Source of the DNA: Elsinoe ampelina
Taxonomy: Eukaryota
NCBI GenBank assembly: GCA_010093995.1
Contig: ML992506.1
Location: forward strand, 851,196 to 915,195
Length of the DNA: 64,000 nucleotides
Direction of reading: 5' to 3'
In this document: in pieces, positions 1 through 12,389 of the stretch
Layout: every line of letters begins with the position of its first letter
Position numbering within the stretch: position 1 is the stretch's first letter
Notes under the pieces: generated by a model
What the model was told of the DNA's origin: nothing
Database searches by the model: none
Seen by the model: only the letters and a program-made list of their open reading frames with translations
Program-made: the position numbers and the translations under genes

Positions 1-1347
1 GCCCCTGTGGCACCCCTGTTCCCCCTTCCCCTCCCCGCCAACTACCAGCAGCAATCCACTGGTAGTGATCAAGCTCCTGTGGCACCCCTGTTCCCCCTTC
101 CCCTCCCCGCCAACTACCAGCAGCAACCTGGTAGTGGTCCCTTCCCTGCTCCTGCTGGTCAAGCACTCCAGCCAGCCATGCCCTTCGCCAACTACCAGCA
201 TGGCATGGTCCCCCAGCAGGAGCAGGGGTCTCAAGTCCCGGAGGCGCCCCGTCGACCCACCACCAACAAGCCCAAGGCCACAGCGTGCACCTACGTCATG
301 GCCAGGCACAGAGGTCGCCCTGGGGAACCGACGGAGAAGGTGCCCTACAAGGACGCCAACGGGGGCATCAAGGCCGGCGACCACCCCGCTGCTAACGCCG
401 ACTGCGCTCCTCCCCGCGTAAGAAGGCCCAAGCAGCCGAGGGGCGAGAGGCCAGAGGGAGTGACCAGATCCGGGGCCCGTAGGAACCCCAGGGGAAGAGG
501 ACGGACGTCGGCCACCGCCGTGGGCCAGCTCGAGGCTCTGCTTGCGCCTGCGGTGGAGCCCCAGCTCCAGCCCGCCGTACAAGCCCAGCCGGAGCAAGCC
601 ACAGCGTCCCAGCCGCAGCCAGGTCCCGAGGCCTCGTCGGATCGAGCCGGCAACTACAACCTTCTGCTCGCCCTGGGGTCCTGCCCAGGCATCAACGTCA
701 ACCCCGCGCTGCTGGCCGAGTACGCGCCGAGGCCAAACCCGCCCGCCGAGCCCCAGGTATGGCACCAGCCCACGGCGCCCATACCAGCCCAGGAGGCACC
801 ACCGGTCCCGCAAGCCGGGCCAGACCCCACCCCTGTCCCTGGTAGTTTCGACCCCTCGAGCACTACCAGCTTTGACCTGCCTGCCCCTCCCCCCGCCGAG
901 CCCGTGGACTACTTCGCGGACTTCGTCATGCCCGACCCCGAAGCGGAACTGGCGAATGCTGGACCTGGCTGGTATTTGCAAACTACCAGCCAGCCAGAGG
1001 CAGTGGAGGGGTTCAATACCCAGGTCGAAGAGGCTGGTAGTACTTGGCCGCCGCATCTCACCAGTCCGCCAGGGCTAGAGGGGTACCCCCAACTCCAGGT
1101 CGAGCAGGCTGGTAGTTCCTTCTCGCTGGAACCTACCAGCCAGCTAGAGACAACGGATTCGGCCAGTTACTCGGTCGAGGCGGCTGGTAGTTTCCCCCAG
1201 GAGTCGGACCCGGCGCCGCAACAGCAGTTCGTGCCGGAATGGGACCACCACCCGGAGGACGACTACCTGGACAACGGGCTGGCATCCCTAGAGGAAGTGG
1301 ACAAGATGTTCTCGGATCTCCCGAGGAAGGAGCCGGAGGAGAAGTAG
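1..1347 (+). CDS. Pro/Gln-rich low-complexity protein with internal repeats, probably 5'-truncated by the window edge
   Basis: Open frame from the window start to TAG at 1345-1347. Contains the repeated peptide PVAPLFPLPLPANYQQQ and an acidic C-terminal region with VExAGS repeats. No family recognised. Confidence 0.65.
   Translation, partial: APVAPLFPLPLPANYQQQSTGSDQAPVAPLFPLPLPANYQQQPGSGPFPAPAGQALQPAMPFANYQHGMVPQQEQGSQVPEAPRRPTTNKPKATACTYVMARHRGRPGEPTEKVPYKDANGGIKAGDHPAANADCAPPRVRRPKQPRGERPEGVTRSGARRNPRGRGRTSATAVGQLEALLAPAVEPQLQPAVQAQPEQATASQPQPGPEASSDRAGNYNLLLALGSCPGINVNPALLAEYAPRPNPPAEPQVWHQPTAPIPAQEAPPVPQAGPDPTPVPGSFDPSSTTSFDLPAPPPAEPVDYFADFVMPDPEAELANAGPGWYLQTTSQPEAVEGFNTQVEEAGSTWPPHLTSPPGLEGYPQLQVEQAGSSFSLEPTSQLETTDSASYSVEAAGSFPQESDPAPQQQFVPEWDHHPEDDYLDNGLASLEEVDKMFSDLPRKEPEEK
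4..126 (+). repeat. Direct repeat of 51 bp, period 72 nt, inside the CDS
   Basis: cctgtggcacccctgttcccccttcccctccccgccaactaccagcagcaa at 4-54 and 76-126. Confidence 0.9.
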
Positions 1348-1394
1348 ATAGATTGCGTGTCTGTCTAAATCGATACCCTGGTTCCTCCCACTTG

Positions 1395-4300
1395 TCATCC
1401 CAAAATGCCCAGCGCCTCCCAGCTGTTGACGATTGGTACGTCCCTCTTGACGCCAGCCTCCTGTGCATGAGCTTCATCTCCCATCTCAATGTCCTGTGAT
1501 GGTCTGGTGCTCTTGCCCCATTTGTCGACTTCCCATACGACTTCCACTGCTTGCTTCGCGCCACGGACCACTTCCCCCATCAGGGAGCCCACTCCTTTCG
1601 CGCGTTCCCTCATCCCTCTCCGCATCAACCCCTCGACTAGCCTCCCGACCTCCTCTCCCATCCCGTTGAGTCGGTCTACCAATCTTCCGATCGAGGCAAC
1701 GAGGTACTCTTCTTCGTACACGCTGCCTTTCTTGCCGCGCGCTTTCTTGCGCTCTTCCCTGCGACGGTTCTTGGACGAGCGTCGCGTGGTGTTGGTCGCC
1801 AGAGTGGCGTCGGTGCGGTGGGTGTAGCGTGTCATGAAGGTACCGGCTGAGGTGCTCATGGAGGGGGCGAGGGAGATGTCGTCTGGTATGTCGGGGTTGG
1901 TGGCTGAGGGGTGGGAGTCGTAGAAGGAGACTAAAAGGATCAGTGATGCACCATTAAGAAAGACGAAGGGGACGGAGGGGATAAGAATGCAGCGAGGTGG
2001 ACAAGTAGGAGATGTACGTACGTGGATCTTGAGCTTTCTTGGTACGGAGCTCGAGGAGACGGCCGACTTGGGCTGTCAATTGGGTCTTCATTTCAGCAAG
2101 AATCTCGCTGAGAGTGGCGAAGCCTTCGGCGAGGCCATCGTCGACTTTGGAGAAAAGAGCCTTGCGTGATGTAGTAGGAGCTTTGCTGACGACCATGAGG
2201 GCTTCGGAAAAGCGGTAGCCTTTGCTCCAGCAGCGAATGGAGGATTCTTGGTCGCTGAGTTCGGTATACAGGAGAGCGGCGTCGGTGTATTCTTTCGCTT
2301 CTTCTTTGCCTTCTGCTAGACCGACCGTCAGAGTCTGAATGTCACTCTCTGATCGATCGGTCATGCTGGCGCAGGATAGGCATTCTCTCCACATTCCGGC
2401 GGCGAGATACTGGTCGCTTGCTAGTCCGTATTCCTCCAAGCTTTCCCAAGCTACTCCAGCCTCTTTGTATCGATTTCGGTCAGCAAGGAATTCAGCCCAC
2501 AGTCGCATTGCCTCTTCACTCTTGCCTTTGTTGTACTTTACGCCTTCCACCAAGGCTGCGTAAAGCTCATGTCGTACCGCATATCGCTTCGCCTCATCCC
2601 AGCCAGAGTCACTCATGGTGAGCAATGACGTCAATGCTTTATCGTAGCGTTTGAGGTCGTTGTCGATAGTAAAGTGCTGCCTCGCCTCAGGAAGAGACTG
2701 CAGAGACTGGAGATACGGGAGGTACTCTCTAGGGTCTTTTTGGGCATGTTGAGCGACGAGCAGGGCGACATCGAGGTCGTACAGTCCTAGAGCTGTATCA
2801 TAGAGACGATTGGCGTCGGACAGGAAGCAAATGTGTTCCACTGCTTGGTCCAGATGCGAGGGGTCCGAGTCTGGTGAGCGCAGTGAAGATATGAGAGTCA
2901 AGCCGGCAGACAGGTCGGGTGGAGATTTGCAAACGTGGGATGTGATTAGGGATTGGAGGTGGGTCTTCTGTCGCGAGACTGGACTGAGAGCCGCGATGAA
3001 GGCGTCACAAACGGCGTTGGTCTTGGACGTATTGTTGCTCGTTGCTTGAATGGTCAAGCCTGACTTGGTAGTGTTGAGAGTGTCCTTGTAGAGTGTCTCG
3101 GCGACATCCTCGTTTCGGAGTTGAGACAGGAACAGGTCAATGTGAGCAGGTTTCTTGACTTGATCAACGAAAAGGTCGACACTGGCCATGAATTGCTCGG
3201 GCGCATAATCGTGAAGGATGTTCATGTCTACCCGGTGGTTACGACAAGCGAAGAATGCTTTGCGGTAATTCTTTGCGTCTATCGCTTTGCGGATTCCTGC
3301 TAGTACGAGAGCACGAGGGTAAATGGTCTCGAGGTTGCCACGGGGCATCTGCAAAACTACAGCATACGTAGATGGCATTACAGTGACGAGGCGGGCGCCT
3401 CGTTCAATGCTCCGACATCTTTCATCTTTCTCGGGCTCGTTCAGAGGTAACTCGAGTTCGCCCTCGTGAAGATGTACGAACTTGATCAGATGTTGGCTTG
3501 TGGTAAGAATAAGATGTGATGGTGTCGTCATAAAGGACGTGACACCCTTGATCTGAAGTCGTTGGCTGAAAGTTGGCTCACCAGTCGATCGTCCTTGGAC
3601 ACTCAATGTGCCACCGGAAGAAAGACCAAGGATCAGACAAGTTGTTTCATCCTCCCATACCTCGAAGCGATAAGCCAGGACAGGCAGTGCAGTAAGCTTG
3701 TCGAATGCAGGACTCTCACCAGTCCGTACACTTGTCCAGATGGTCGTTGACGTCTTGTGTTGCGATAATGACTGGACACAAATGCCGGCCTGGTCGCTCA
3801 TGGCTACCAGATTCGCTATAGTACCATCAGATGACGGCAGAGATACCTCTTCCCACTCGTTTGGCGATGTGATGTAAATTGTGTCAGTACTCTCATTTGC
3901 AGTACTTGACAACACGGCCACTCGGTCGTTCGAAAAGATAGCCAGCTGTCGAGGCTGTACGAACTTGAGGTCTGACACCGGAAGATCCAAAGACTTGAAA
4001 GCTGTCGTGGTTGTGGGAGTATCGCCTAATAGGTCCAGGCTGTATACTTCGACTCTCGTTATGAACAAGACTGCTAGTAATGTTGCATCCCCATTGCAAG
4101 CCACATCGATAGCAGCTTCGGGCAAAACAATGTCCATGAATGACATTGGTGGTGGTATATTGCCGATTCGTAATGGAGTAAGTCTTAGCGATCTACCATC
4201 AATGACTGCAGTCAGACCAAGATCGTGGGGAGGGGTTGTGGTACCGCCAGAGACATTGAATGTATATTGAAGCATCCGCAAGTCTTTGAAAGTGCTGGCG

Positions 4301-5412
4301 GCAAGGTATAGAGGCTTCTCCGGGTGCCAATTCAACGATGGTGCTTCTCCTGGACTTGAAAACATGATCTCCTGCTTCAGATAGTAATGATAGTTGCCCA
4401 TCGTCCATAATTGCACTCGGTCTTGGAATGCCACTGCGAGGACAGTTGAGTCGTTGTTCCAATATACTGAGATCTTGCGTGCCCATTCTGGTCTGGTTGC
4501 AGGTTGATCGTGGAAGCGTAGAGGGAAATCACCATGCCTGAGTCCGTTGCGTTCAAAGAAGGTGACATGGACGCTCCCATCCTTGCGGTTCTGTATGCCC
4601 GCCATCAGCTCTCCAGCAGGTTTCCAGCTCAGAGCGCCCTCCAGACCATCGACCGGCTCACTCACACTGCTTAAAACGCCTTCTCTCGAGTAGACCCGGA
4701 TCATGCGACGCTTGCTTTCCTCTATCGTATTGATAGCCACATATGCACCGTCGCCTCGCCAAGTGATGGTCGTCTCCCCATCATCATATGGACTGAGGAC
4801 ACCTTCGTCAACGTGCTCAGGTATCGTGGGATCCCGCAGAGCCTTTGCTCGTTTCCCTTTGAATTGAGTCTCGGATTTTCCCCAGCCGACTGACACATGT
4901 GCAGAGACTTTGACATCCTCGGATGTCATTTGAACATTTGCAGTGCTCTCAAAGATCCTAGTCATAAGAATGAACGTGTCTGCCTTGGTGCTGATCGCCA
5001 CCAGTTCGTCGTCAGGTGACCAGGAAGCAGCGGTGATGCCAGCATCTACTGAGCCGACGATTTCGATAAGATCTTCACCAGGCTGTGCATTCTCTTTGAC
5101 GACCACCAGATCGCCACCGGCCAGTATCAAGCATGTCGATTGTGATTCGGCGAAATATCTTGCGGACAAAATTTTGTCGCATGCTAGATCTGGAAGCGGA
5201 CAAGGTGCGTCCCAGGAAGCGATGAGTCTTCCAGTTTCGGGGTTGGAAGCATCTTTGTCGTACCGTTTGAGTTCAATGACGGCTTCAGTGGCGGTTGGTC
5301 CGAAGGCGCATATCAGTCCGTCTGTATCGGCGTCCCAGGCCGTGGCTGTGAGAGGTAGATCAATATCCTCAAATCTTATTGAAGCATGCCGGATATTCCT
5401 CAGATTCCGCAT
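1395..5412 (-). CDS. ELP1: Elongator complex subunit 1 (IKI3 family); exons 5412-2022 and 1930-1395
   Basis: IKI3 motifs VSVGWGKSETQFKGK, FFERNGLRHGDF, LQMPRGNLETIYPRALVL, QKDPREYLPYL. An intron 2021-1931 (GTACGT...TTTTAG) joins the basic C-terminus (RRREERKKARGKKGSVYEEEYLV). Confidence 0.96.
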
Positions 5413-5734
5413 TTTTCAGTATGATGTTCGATCATTCCCAGCGTGGATGCAGATTACACATTGACAAGACCAAATTTGTCCAAAAGTTGTGTAGTCGCAA
5501 TAAAAATTTACTGGGGATGAGAGATTTTGATGATGATGGTGGAAACATCAGGTCAAGACATGTCACACAATAGACCATCAACAACGATCCTGATCGGATA
5601 CTTGGAGTCATTATTTGCAGAGTGCAGGGGTTGGTTGTATATGCATTGATTTCTCACTGTCTGCTATTACAGCAATCCATCTTTCCGTCCCAAACCCGCG
5701 GCCGAATTGTACATGTCTATAGCCACTCCATCCT

Positions 5735-6073
5735 TTACTTGTTCTTCTTGGTTTGCCATACTGTGCACGTGTCAGTCTTTCCTCGTAAGTATGTAGACGA
5801 ATATGTGTACCTGCGATTGCGAAAGGAGCACCAAAGCCGACGGCTGCGTTGTCGTTAGTACTTGCTTCAGGCCATCTCTTTCCCGACATGCTCACCCATA
5901 AATCCCCAGTAGCGAACGGCGAAGAACTTTGTCATAGGGTTGAATGGAATGTTGCTTCTCGGACCTTCCGGGTAGTGGTATGGGCTGCCGAGCTGGGCCC
6001 TCGTCGAGGAGAAGCCGCGTCGGGCGACAGTCTTGATTGGCGCCGCAGCGCGGAATGCGGATCGTGAGAGCAT
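5735..6073 (-). CDS. COX8: Cytochrome c oxidase subunit VIIc (yeast Cox8); exons 6073-5896, 5843-5811, 5760-5735
   Basis: Mitochondrial presequence followed by YHYPEGPRSNIPFNP..FFAVRYWGFMAVGFGAPFAIAVWQTKKNK after removing two GT-AG introns. Confidence 0.92.
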
Positions 6074-6351
6074 CTGAAGGTGTTAGCGACAGATTGAACT
6101 TGCAGCCGGGGGGAGTATCGGACCTTGTGGGCGATCTGAGGTCTGTACGGATCGTGTTTTAAAGAAAGTCGTCGAGTGAAGTCGACGCTGTTGCACATCT
6201 CGAAACGCTATGACCATCTCCAATGCGGCTCATCTCTGACCAATCACGGATCTCGATCCTGGCTTCTTAGCTCCGAATTAAGATCGAGTGCAAGAAGAAA
6301 TTCAAGGTTGCTGCACCACCCTTCTCATATGCCACCGCTACCGACGCAAGA

Positions 6352-9300
6352 ATGGACGAGCTCTTTGATGTCTTCGACGAGAAGCCTCCTCAGGCGAACG
6401 GCGCACAAACAACAACACATCAAGCTAGCAGGGATAAGACTTCACACAAAATATCCGTAAACGGCGACATCAAGTCAGACGATGGAGCGCCGAGTAATGG
6501 CCATGGCACGTCACCCATGTCGGAGAAGCGACAGGCAGATGATGCCGAGACCAATGACAAAGCCGATCAGCGAGAGACAAAACGACCAAAGCGCGCCCCT
6601 GAGCCAGACACAGTGGTGACAGATACGTTTGAGACCGAAGAGTCGAGAGAAGTAGCTGCTTCGGCTGGTCTGCAAGCTTCAAAGGATAGTGCTGCTGTCG
6701 TACTATCGCATCAGGTCCGTCATCAGGTCGCTCTGCCTCCCGACTACGACTACGTTCCCATCTCGAAGCACACCCCACCAAAGGAGCCCGCAAGGACTTG
6801 GCCTTTCACCCTCGATCCTTTCCAGCAGGTCTCTATAGCTTCGATCGAGAGAAACGAGAGTGTTCTCGTATCGGCGCACACAAGCGCAGGCAAAACGGTC
6901 GTGGCCGAGTATGCAATCGCGCAATGTCTGAAGAAGAATCAGAGGATCATTTACACAAGTCCGATCAAGGCACTCAGCAATCAAAAATACAGAGAGTTCA
7001 ATGCCGAGTTTGGTGATGTTGGACTTATGACCGGCGATGTCACCATCAATCCGACTGCGACATGCTTAGTCATGACAACAGAGATTCTCAGGTCCATGTT
7101 GTACAGAGGCTCCGAGATTATGCGAGAAGTGGCCTGGGTTGTCTTTGACGAGGTTCACTACCTTCGAGACCCATCGAGAGGTGTCGTATGGGAGGAGACA
7201 ATCATTCTGCTCCCAGACAAGGTCCGCTACGTCTTTCTCTCAGCCACAATACCGAATGCTATGCAATTCGCAGAATGGATCACCAAAAACCATAATCAGC
7301 CATGTCACGTTGTGTACACTGATTTCCGACCGACACCTCTTCAGCATTACTTCTTCCCAGCAGGCGCCGATGGCATCCATCTTGTGGTCGACGAGAAGGG
7401 CACGTTCCGAGAAGAGAACTTCCAGAAAGCCATGTCCAGCATCAAAGATCGCGCAGGAGACGATGGCTCTGATCCCAATACTCGACGGAAAGGAAAAGGC
7501 AAGGATAAAAAGACCAACAAAGGCGGTCGCAAGGAGGGTCCGTCAGACATCTACAAGATTGTCAAGATGATCATGATGAAGAACTACAACCCGGTCATTG
7601 TCTTCTCCTTTTCGAAGCGAGAATGCGAAAACTATGCCCTGCAAATGTCACAACTTGCCTTCAACGACGACAACGAGAAAGCTCTGGTCAGCAAAGTCTT
7701 CGACTCGGCCATTGAAATGCTCTCGCTAGAAGATCGAGAGTTACCTCAGATCCAGCACCTTCTACCCCTCCTTCGCCGCGGCATCGGTATCCATCACTCC
7801 GGTCTCTTGCCCATTCTCAAGGAAACGATCGAGATCCTCTTCCAAGAAGGTCTCATCAAAGTTCTCTTCGCCACCGAAACATTCTCCATCGGTCTCAACA
7901 TGCCTGCAAAGACGGTCGTCTTCACCTCGGTCCGAAAGTTCGACGGCAAGTCACAACGCTGGGTGACACCTTCAGAATTCATTCAGATGTCTGGGCGTGC
8001 AGGACGTCGCGGTCTGGACGAGCGCGGTATTGTCATCATGATGATTGACGAGAAGATGGAGCCTGCAGTAGCGAAAGAGATTGTGCGCGGAGAGCAGGAC
8101 AAGCTCAATTCGGCATTCCATCTTGGCTACAACATGATTCTCAATCTCATGCGAGTCGAAGGAGTCAGCCCCGAGTTCATGCTCGAGCGCTGCTTCTTCC
8201 AGTTTCAAAACACTGCATCGGTTGCAACATTGGAACAGGATCTGCAAGATCTGGAGCTCATGAGAAATACGACAGTCATCGAAGACGAGGGGGTCATCAA
8301 GGAGTACTATACCCTGCGCAAGCAGCTCGATGGGTATGCAAAGGATATGCGAGACGTCATCACACATCCCCAGCATTGCCTACAATTCCTGCAAAGTGGC
8401 AGGCTTGTGCGAGTCAAATACAAGGACCATGACTTCAATTGGGGCGCCGTGGTCAACTTCGCCAAGCGGAGACAAAAGAATGCGAGCGAAGAATTCCCGC
8501 CACAGGATAGCTACATCGTCGACGTGCTGTTGCAGGTCGCCAACGACAGCATTGTGCCCATGGGTGGGAGGCCAGATGGCGATCTACCAAGTGGCGTACG
8601 GCCTCCACTACCTGGCGAGAAGGGCAAGCTGGAAGTCGTACCGGTTTTCTTGAGCTGCATCGACAGCATCGGGCACATCCGAGTCTTCCTGCCAACAGAC
8701 CTGAGACAATCCGAGCAAAGAGGCGTCGTCCGCAAGAGTCTAGACGAAGTCAAGAAGCGCTTCCCCGATGGCATCGCCATCCTCGACCCCGTAGAGAACA
8801 TGGGCATCACCGACGAAGCCTTCAAGAAGCTACTGCGCAAAATCGAAATCCTAGAGAGCAGACTGCTCAGCAATCCCCTCCACAACAGCCCCCGTCTACC
8901 AGAGCTATACGGTCAATACCAAGCCAAAGTAGACATCGGCGAGAAAATCAAAGAAGTCCGCAAGAAGATCTCCGACGCCCTGAGCGTCCTCCAACTCGAC
9001 GAGCTCAAGCAACGAAAGCGCGTCCTGCGCCGTCTCGGCTTCGTCAACGAGGCCGACGTTGTCCAGCTGAAAGCCCGTGTCGCATGCGAGATCAGCACCG
9101 GTGACGAGCTGGTGCTCAGCGAGTTGCTGTTCAATGGCTTCTTCAACGACCTTAGTCCTGAGGTCTGCGCTTCGGTGCTGAGTTGCTTCATCTTTGAGGA
9201 GAAGAGCAACGAGGCGCCGCAGCTCAAGGAGGAGCTGCAGAAGGCGTATCTCGAGGTGCAGAGGCAGGCGAGGGTGGTGGCGAAGGTTTCCATGGAGAGC

Positions 9301-9632
9301 AAGCTGCCCGTCAATGAGCAGGAGTATCTGGATAGTTTCAAGTGGCAGCTTATGGAGGTTGTGCATAGGTGGTGTATGGGTGGGACTTTTGCTGAGATCT
9401 GGTAAGTGTGAATGGGATGATTGATTGAGGTTTGTACTGATAATTTGTTAGTAAAATGACAGATGTGTATGAAGGCAGTCTCATTCGTCTCTTCAGACGT
9501 CTGGAAGAATTGTTGCGCCAGGTAGCGCAGGCCGCAAAGGTCATGGGCAATGAAGAATTGGAGAAGAGATTCGACGAAGCGCTGGGCAAGGTCAGGAGAG
9601 ACCTGGTCGCTGCCCAGTCGCTGTATTTGTAA
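6352..9632 (+). CDS. MTR4: Ski2-like RNA helicase Mtr4/Dob1 (TRAMP/exosome cofactor); intron 9402-9451
   Basis: Motifs [28 protein letters not shown] and [10 protein letters not shown]. The DSHCT C-terminus [24 protein letters not shown]...SLYL lies in exon 2. Confidence 0.97.
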
Positions 9633-9784
9633 ATACAGTAGCTGTCATCTGCAGTCCTCGCATGTCACTCTTGCCATGAGCACGAACCGGCATGTCTGTA
9701 CAGACGCAGCATCTTGCACCAATGTAGAAAATCATACATTCACGAATACAAAATCACGATACCCCTCCCTACCTACTGTACCAG

Positions 9785-9994
9785 TCAACACATGACCAAG
9801 CCCCCACTAGCACAAATCGTCTACCCACTCACCCACCCCATGCCCATGCCCGTGCACAAATCCCTCACCACCTCTGCAATCTCCTCGGGCCTCCCCTCCC
9901 CCGAGTGGTCATGGATGGGGGTGATGAATTGAAGAGCATTTGCTTGTGGAAAGAGGAAATTGGGAACAGGTGCTGAGAGCAGATTCGTGGACAT
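9785..9994 (-). pseudogene. Possible remnant of a short-chain dehydrogenase C-terminus with an internal TAG
   Basis: A single frame reads GRPEEIAEVVRDLCTGMGMGWVSG*TICASGGLVMC*, resembling the classical SDR tail (GxPEEIAxxVxFL...xxGQxIxxxGG). No N-terminal Rossmann motif was seen upstream. Confidence 0.5.
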
Positions 9995-10351
9995 CCTTGA
10001 TACTTATCTTTCGAGGACCTTTCCGATCAGTGCAATTACCAGTGTTGCACCTGCTAGGTACCCTTTGTTGCATCACTAAAGTAGACTATGATGCTTACGG
10101 TTCTGGGGTGTTTTATGCTTGGTGGCATCACCCTTGTCCGGAGTCAAGTCCGGTACTGTTACACTCCCACTCGAAGTTGGCATACCACTGACAAGGCGGC
10201 TTCTCCAAGCATCGCCGGTGTCTGTGTCAGAGCGTAGGTCGAACGTTGAACAGATAGCCCATAGGCTACTGAATTCCATGCCCTGTCCTTGTTGTATTTT
10301 CGTCGAGTCGTGTCCGGTCATGGCGGTCATTTCGGTCGTCCACGAGCATGC

Positions 10352-11215
10352 TCATGTCTCCACAGCCCTCTGACTATGGTTCTCTCTGCTCTCCAAGGAG
10401 CTGTCGTCCCAAATCTCTCTTCCCTCGCCCTCAACCTTCCTCATTGCCTTGCTAACCTCGTCCAGCTTGGCGACCACATCTTGCACGCCGGCCTTGACCT
10501 TTAGGAAATATTCCTCGTTCTTCTCCCGCCGCTCAGCGGCATTCTTGAGATCTTCCTCGCCGTCTCGCTGTGGTCTCGCTTTTACTCCTCTTTCGCTATC
10601 GGTGTCGGATAGCCCCGCGGCAGACTCCTCCGTGCTCTTTCCACTGACATTCCGCTCGCCTTTAGCGTCCTTGCCTCCTTTCTTGTCTTTTCTAGCCTTT
10701 GTCTTTGCAGTCTCGTCGTCCGCCTGCTCGTCGTCCTCCCGGCCAGCGGTAGGTCCCCACGCCTCTGCCAACCTGATTTGTGCATCCCTCAGCTCCTGCA
10801 GTGCTTTGCCATGTCCTGCACCGAAGACAGTTGCGCCTCCCGTCCAGCCACCGATCCCCACACCAGATCCGGGCGCCGCTGTCTCCACTTCGTTCAATGT
10901 TCGCTGCAGATCCGACCATTGTGCCTCGATACTACTCTTGCTTGGTCTTGGTCGTAGCGGTATGTTGCTTGTCGTCCGAGTGAGGTCAAGTATCGAGCCT
11001 GTCGCTTGTTTTGGGGATCCAGGTGGAGATACAGATGGTCGAGCTGGACGTGTTAGAGGTGAATCGGGGGCGTGGGATGTGTTGGGCCGAGATGGACCAG
11101 GTCGGGCAAGAGACACATTCGAGGCATTTCGTGAAGGAGGTCCGACGAAGAGGGCAGGCGCCGGGAGACGATGAGATGCTGTCTTGGTGGTCGAGGTAGG
11201 TATTCGACTCGTCAT
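10352..11215 (-). CDS. Hypothetical fungal protein, 287 aa, with disordered N-terminus and coiled-coil C-terminus
   Basis: Intronless ORF with helical blocks QWSDLQRTLNEVE, HGKALQELRDAQIRLAEAWG and EYFLKVKAGVQDVVAKLDEVSKAM. Confidence 0.8.
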   Translation of the reverse strand: MTSRIPTSTTKTASHRLPAPALFVGPPSRNASNVSLARPGPSRPNTSHAPDSPLTRPARPSVSPPGSPKQATGSILDLTRTTSNIPLRPRPSKSSIEAQWSDLQRTLNEVETAAPGSGVGIGGWTGGATVFGAGHGKALQELRDAQIRLAEAWGPTAGREDDEQADDETAKTKARKDKKGGKDAKGERNVSGKSTEESAAGLSDTDSERGVKARPQRDGEEDLKNAAERREKNEEYFLKVKAGVQDVVAKLDEVSKAMRKVEGEGREIWDDSSLESRENHSQRAVET

Positions 11216-12389
11216 GTTCCCCTTGTGTGACTTGTGGCCTCGTGGAATGCATAATCAGTCCAAAGCCCGTCTGATCAACAAGGGTTAGGGTTGCAAGCTC
11301 GTCCATGAACATACTTCCCACCCTGTCCACCACTCTCTTTCATTCATTAACGTCAACATAGTGCTACCTCGTATGGTTCCACTTGAGATGCTACTCTGTA
11401 GATGATGGGACATCCGAGGCTGCCGGCAGAGACTGTCTTCACCATACAGCTGCTGTTGGAGTGTGGCACTTCCGACAGAAAGATACATAAGCAGACTGAT
11501 GTCTCGAGGGGGTCGATACGTGACATTCGCTTATCAATGAAGCTGCATGGTCAACCGTATCCACCCAAAGATGCGGATCATAGAAAGTCCAAGCTGAGAC
11601 GGATCAAGCCGGAGGTGGAAGATGTTTGTAGTCGTGGTATTGCCTGCTTGAAGTCATGCTGAACCTAGTAGGCATTACTCGATCACATGAATTCTTTCCC
11701 TGAGACCTCATACAAAGATGCTATCGTGTGGCTTCGTGAGGAGCATGGAGTGAACGCATGTCTGACTACCGTCTGGCGCACTCTCAAAGACCGTGGCTGG
11801 ATAAGGCCGAAACGATCCACGGCAAAGGGGCGGCAGGGAAGGAAAGCAGCTGTCTGATGATGCTGCTCACCCACGGCGTCATTGCCGATCCGCCTCGTTC
11901 ATCACGAGGGTCCTGACGAGGGCAGAACATCAGCGCGATCTCCGGTCATAAGTGAGACGAGCCTTGACGCGAGCGGCCCAGTGAACTGCTTAGGCTCCTT
12001 CATGTCGAGTGTCAAGTATTCGACCGTGTGAAGCCAAAGCTGGGTGATGCGAAATCTGGTATGAGGAATCTGGCGTGGGACATGCTGTCGTTAGGTAAGC
12101 TGCGCACGTGATCGAACCCACGGATCAAGTCTCCTCTAATTCTCGAAAGTTACTCACCTGCACATCGACACTTGCCGGAAATCAAGTCAACCTCACATTT
12201 ACTTTGAGGTACGGCAGAGCCTCGAGCTAATAGCCCTACCCAAATTGCGATTGACCATACTGCAATCAAGCTTACATTCGAAGCATCGTAAGAAATGTCG
12301 ATACTCTCCCAAAAGAGGTCCATCGGCAGTTTCGATAGGGACCTGGCACCTCTGATCACCTTTCCGAGTAAGTTAAGCGTTCGAGAAGC

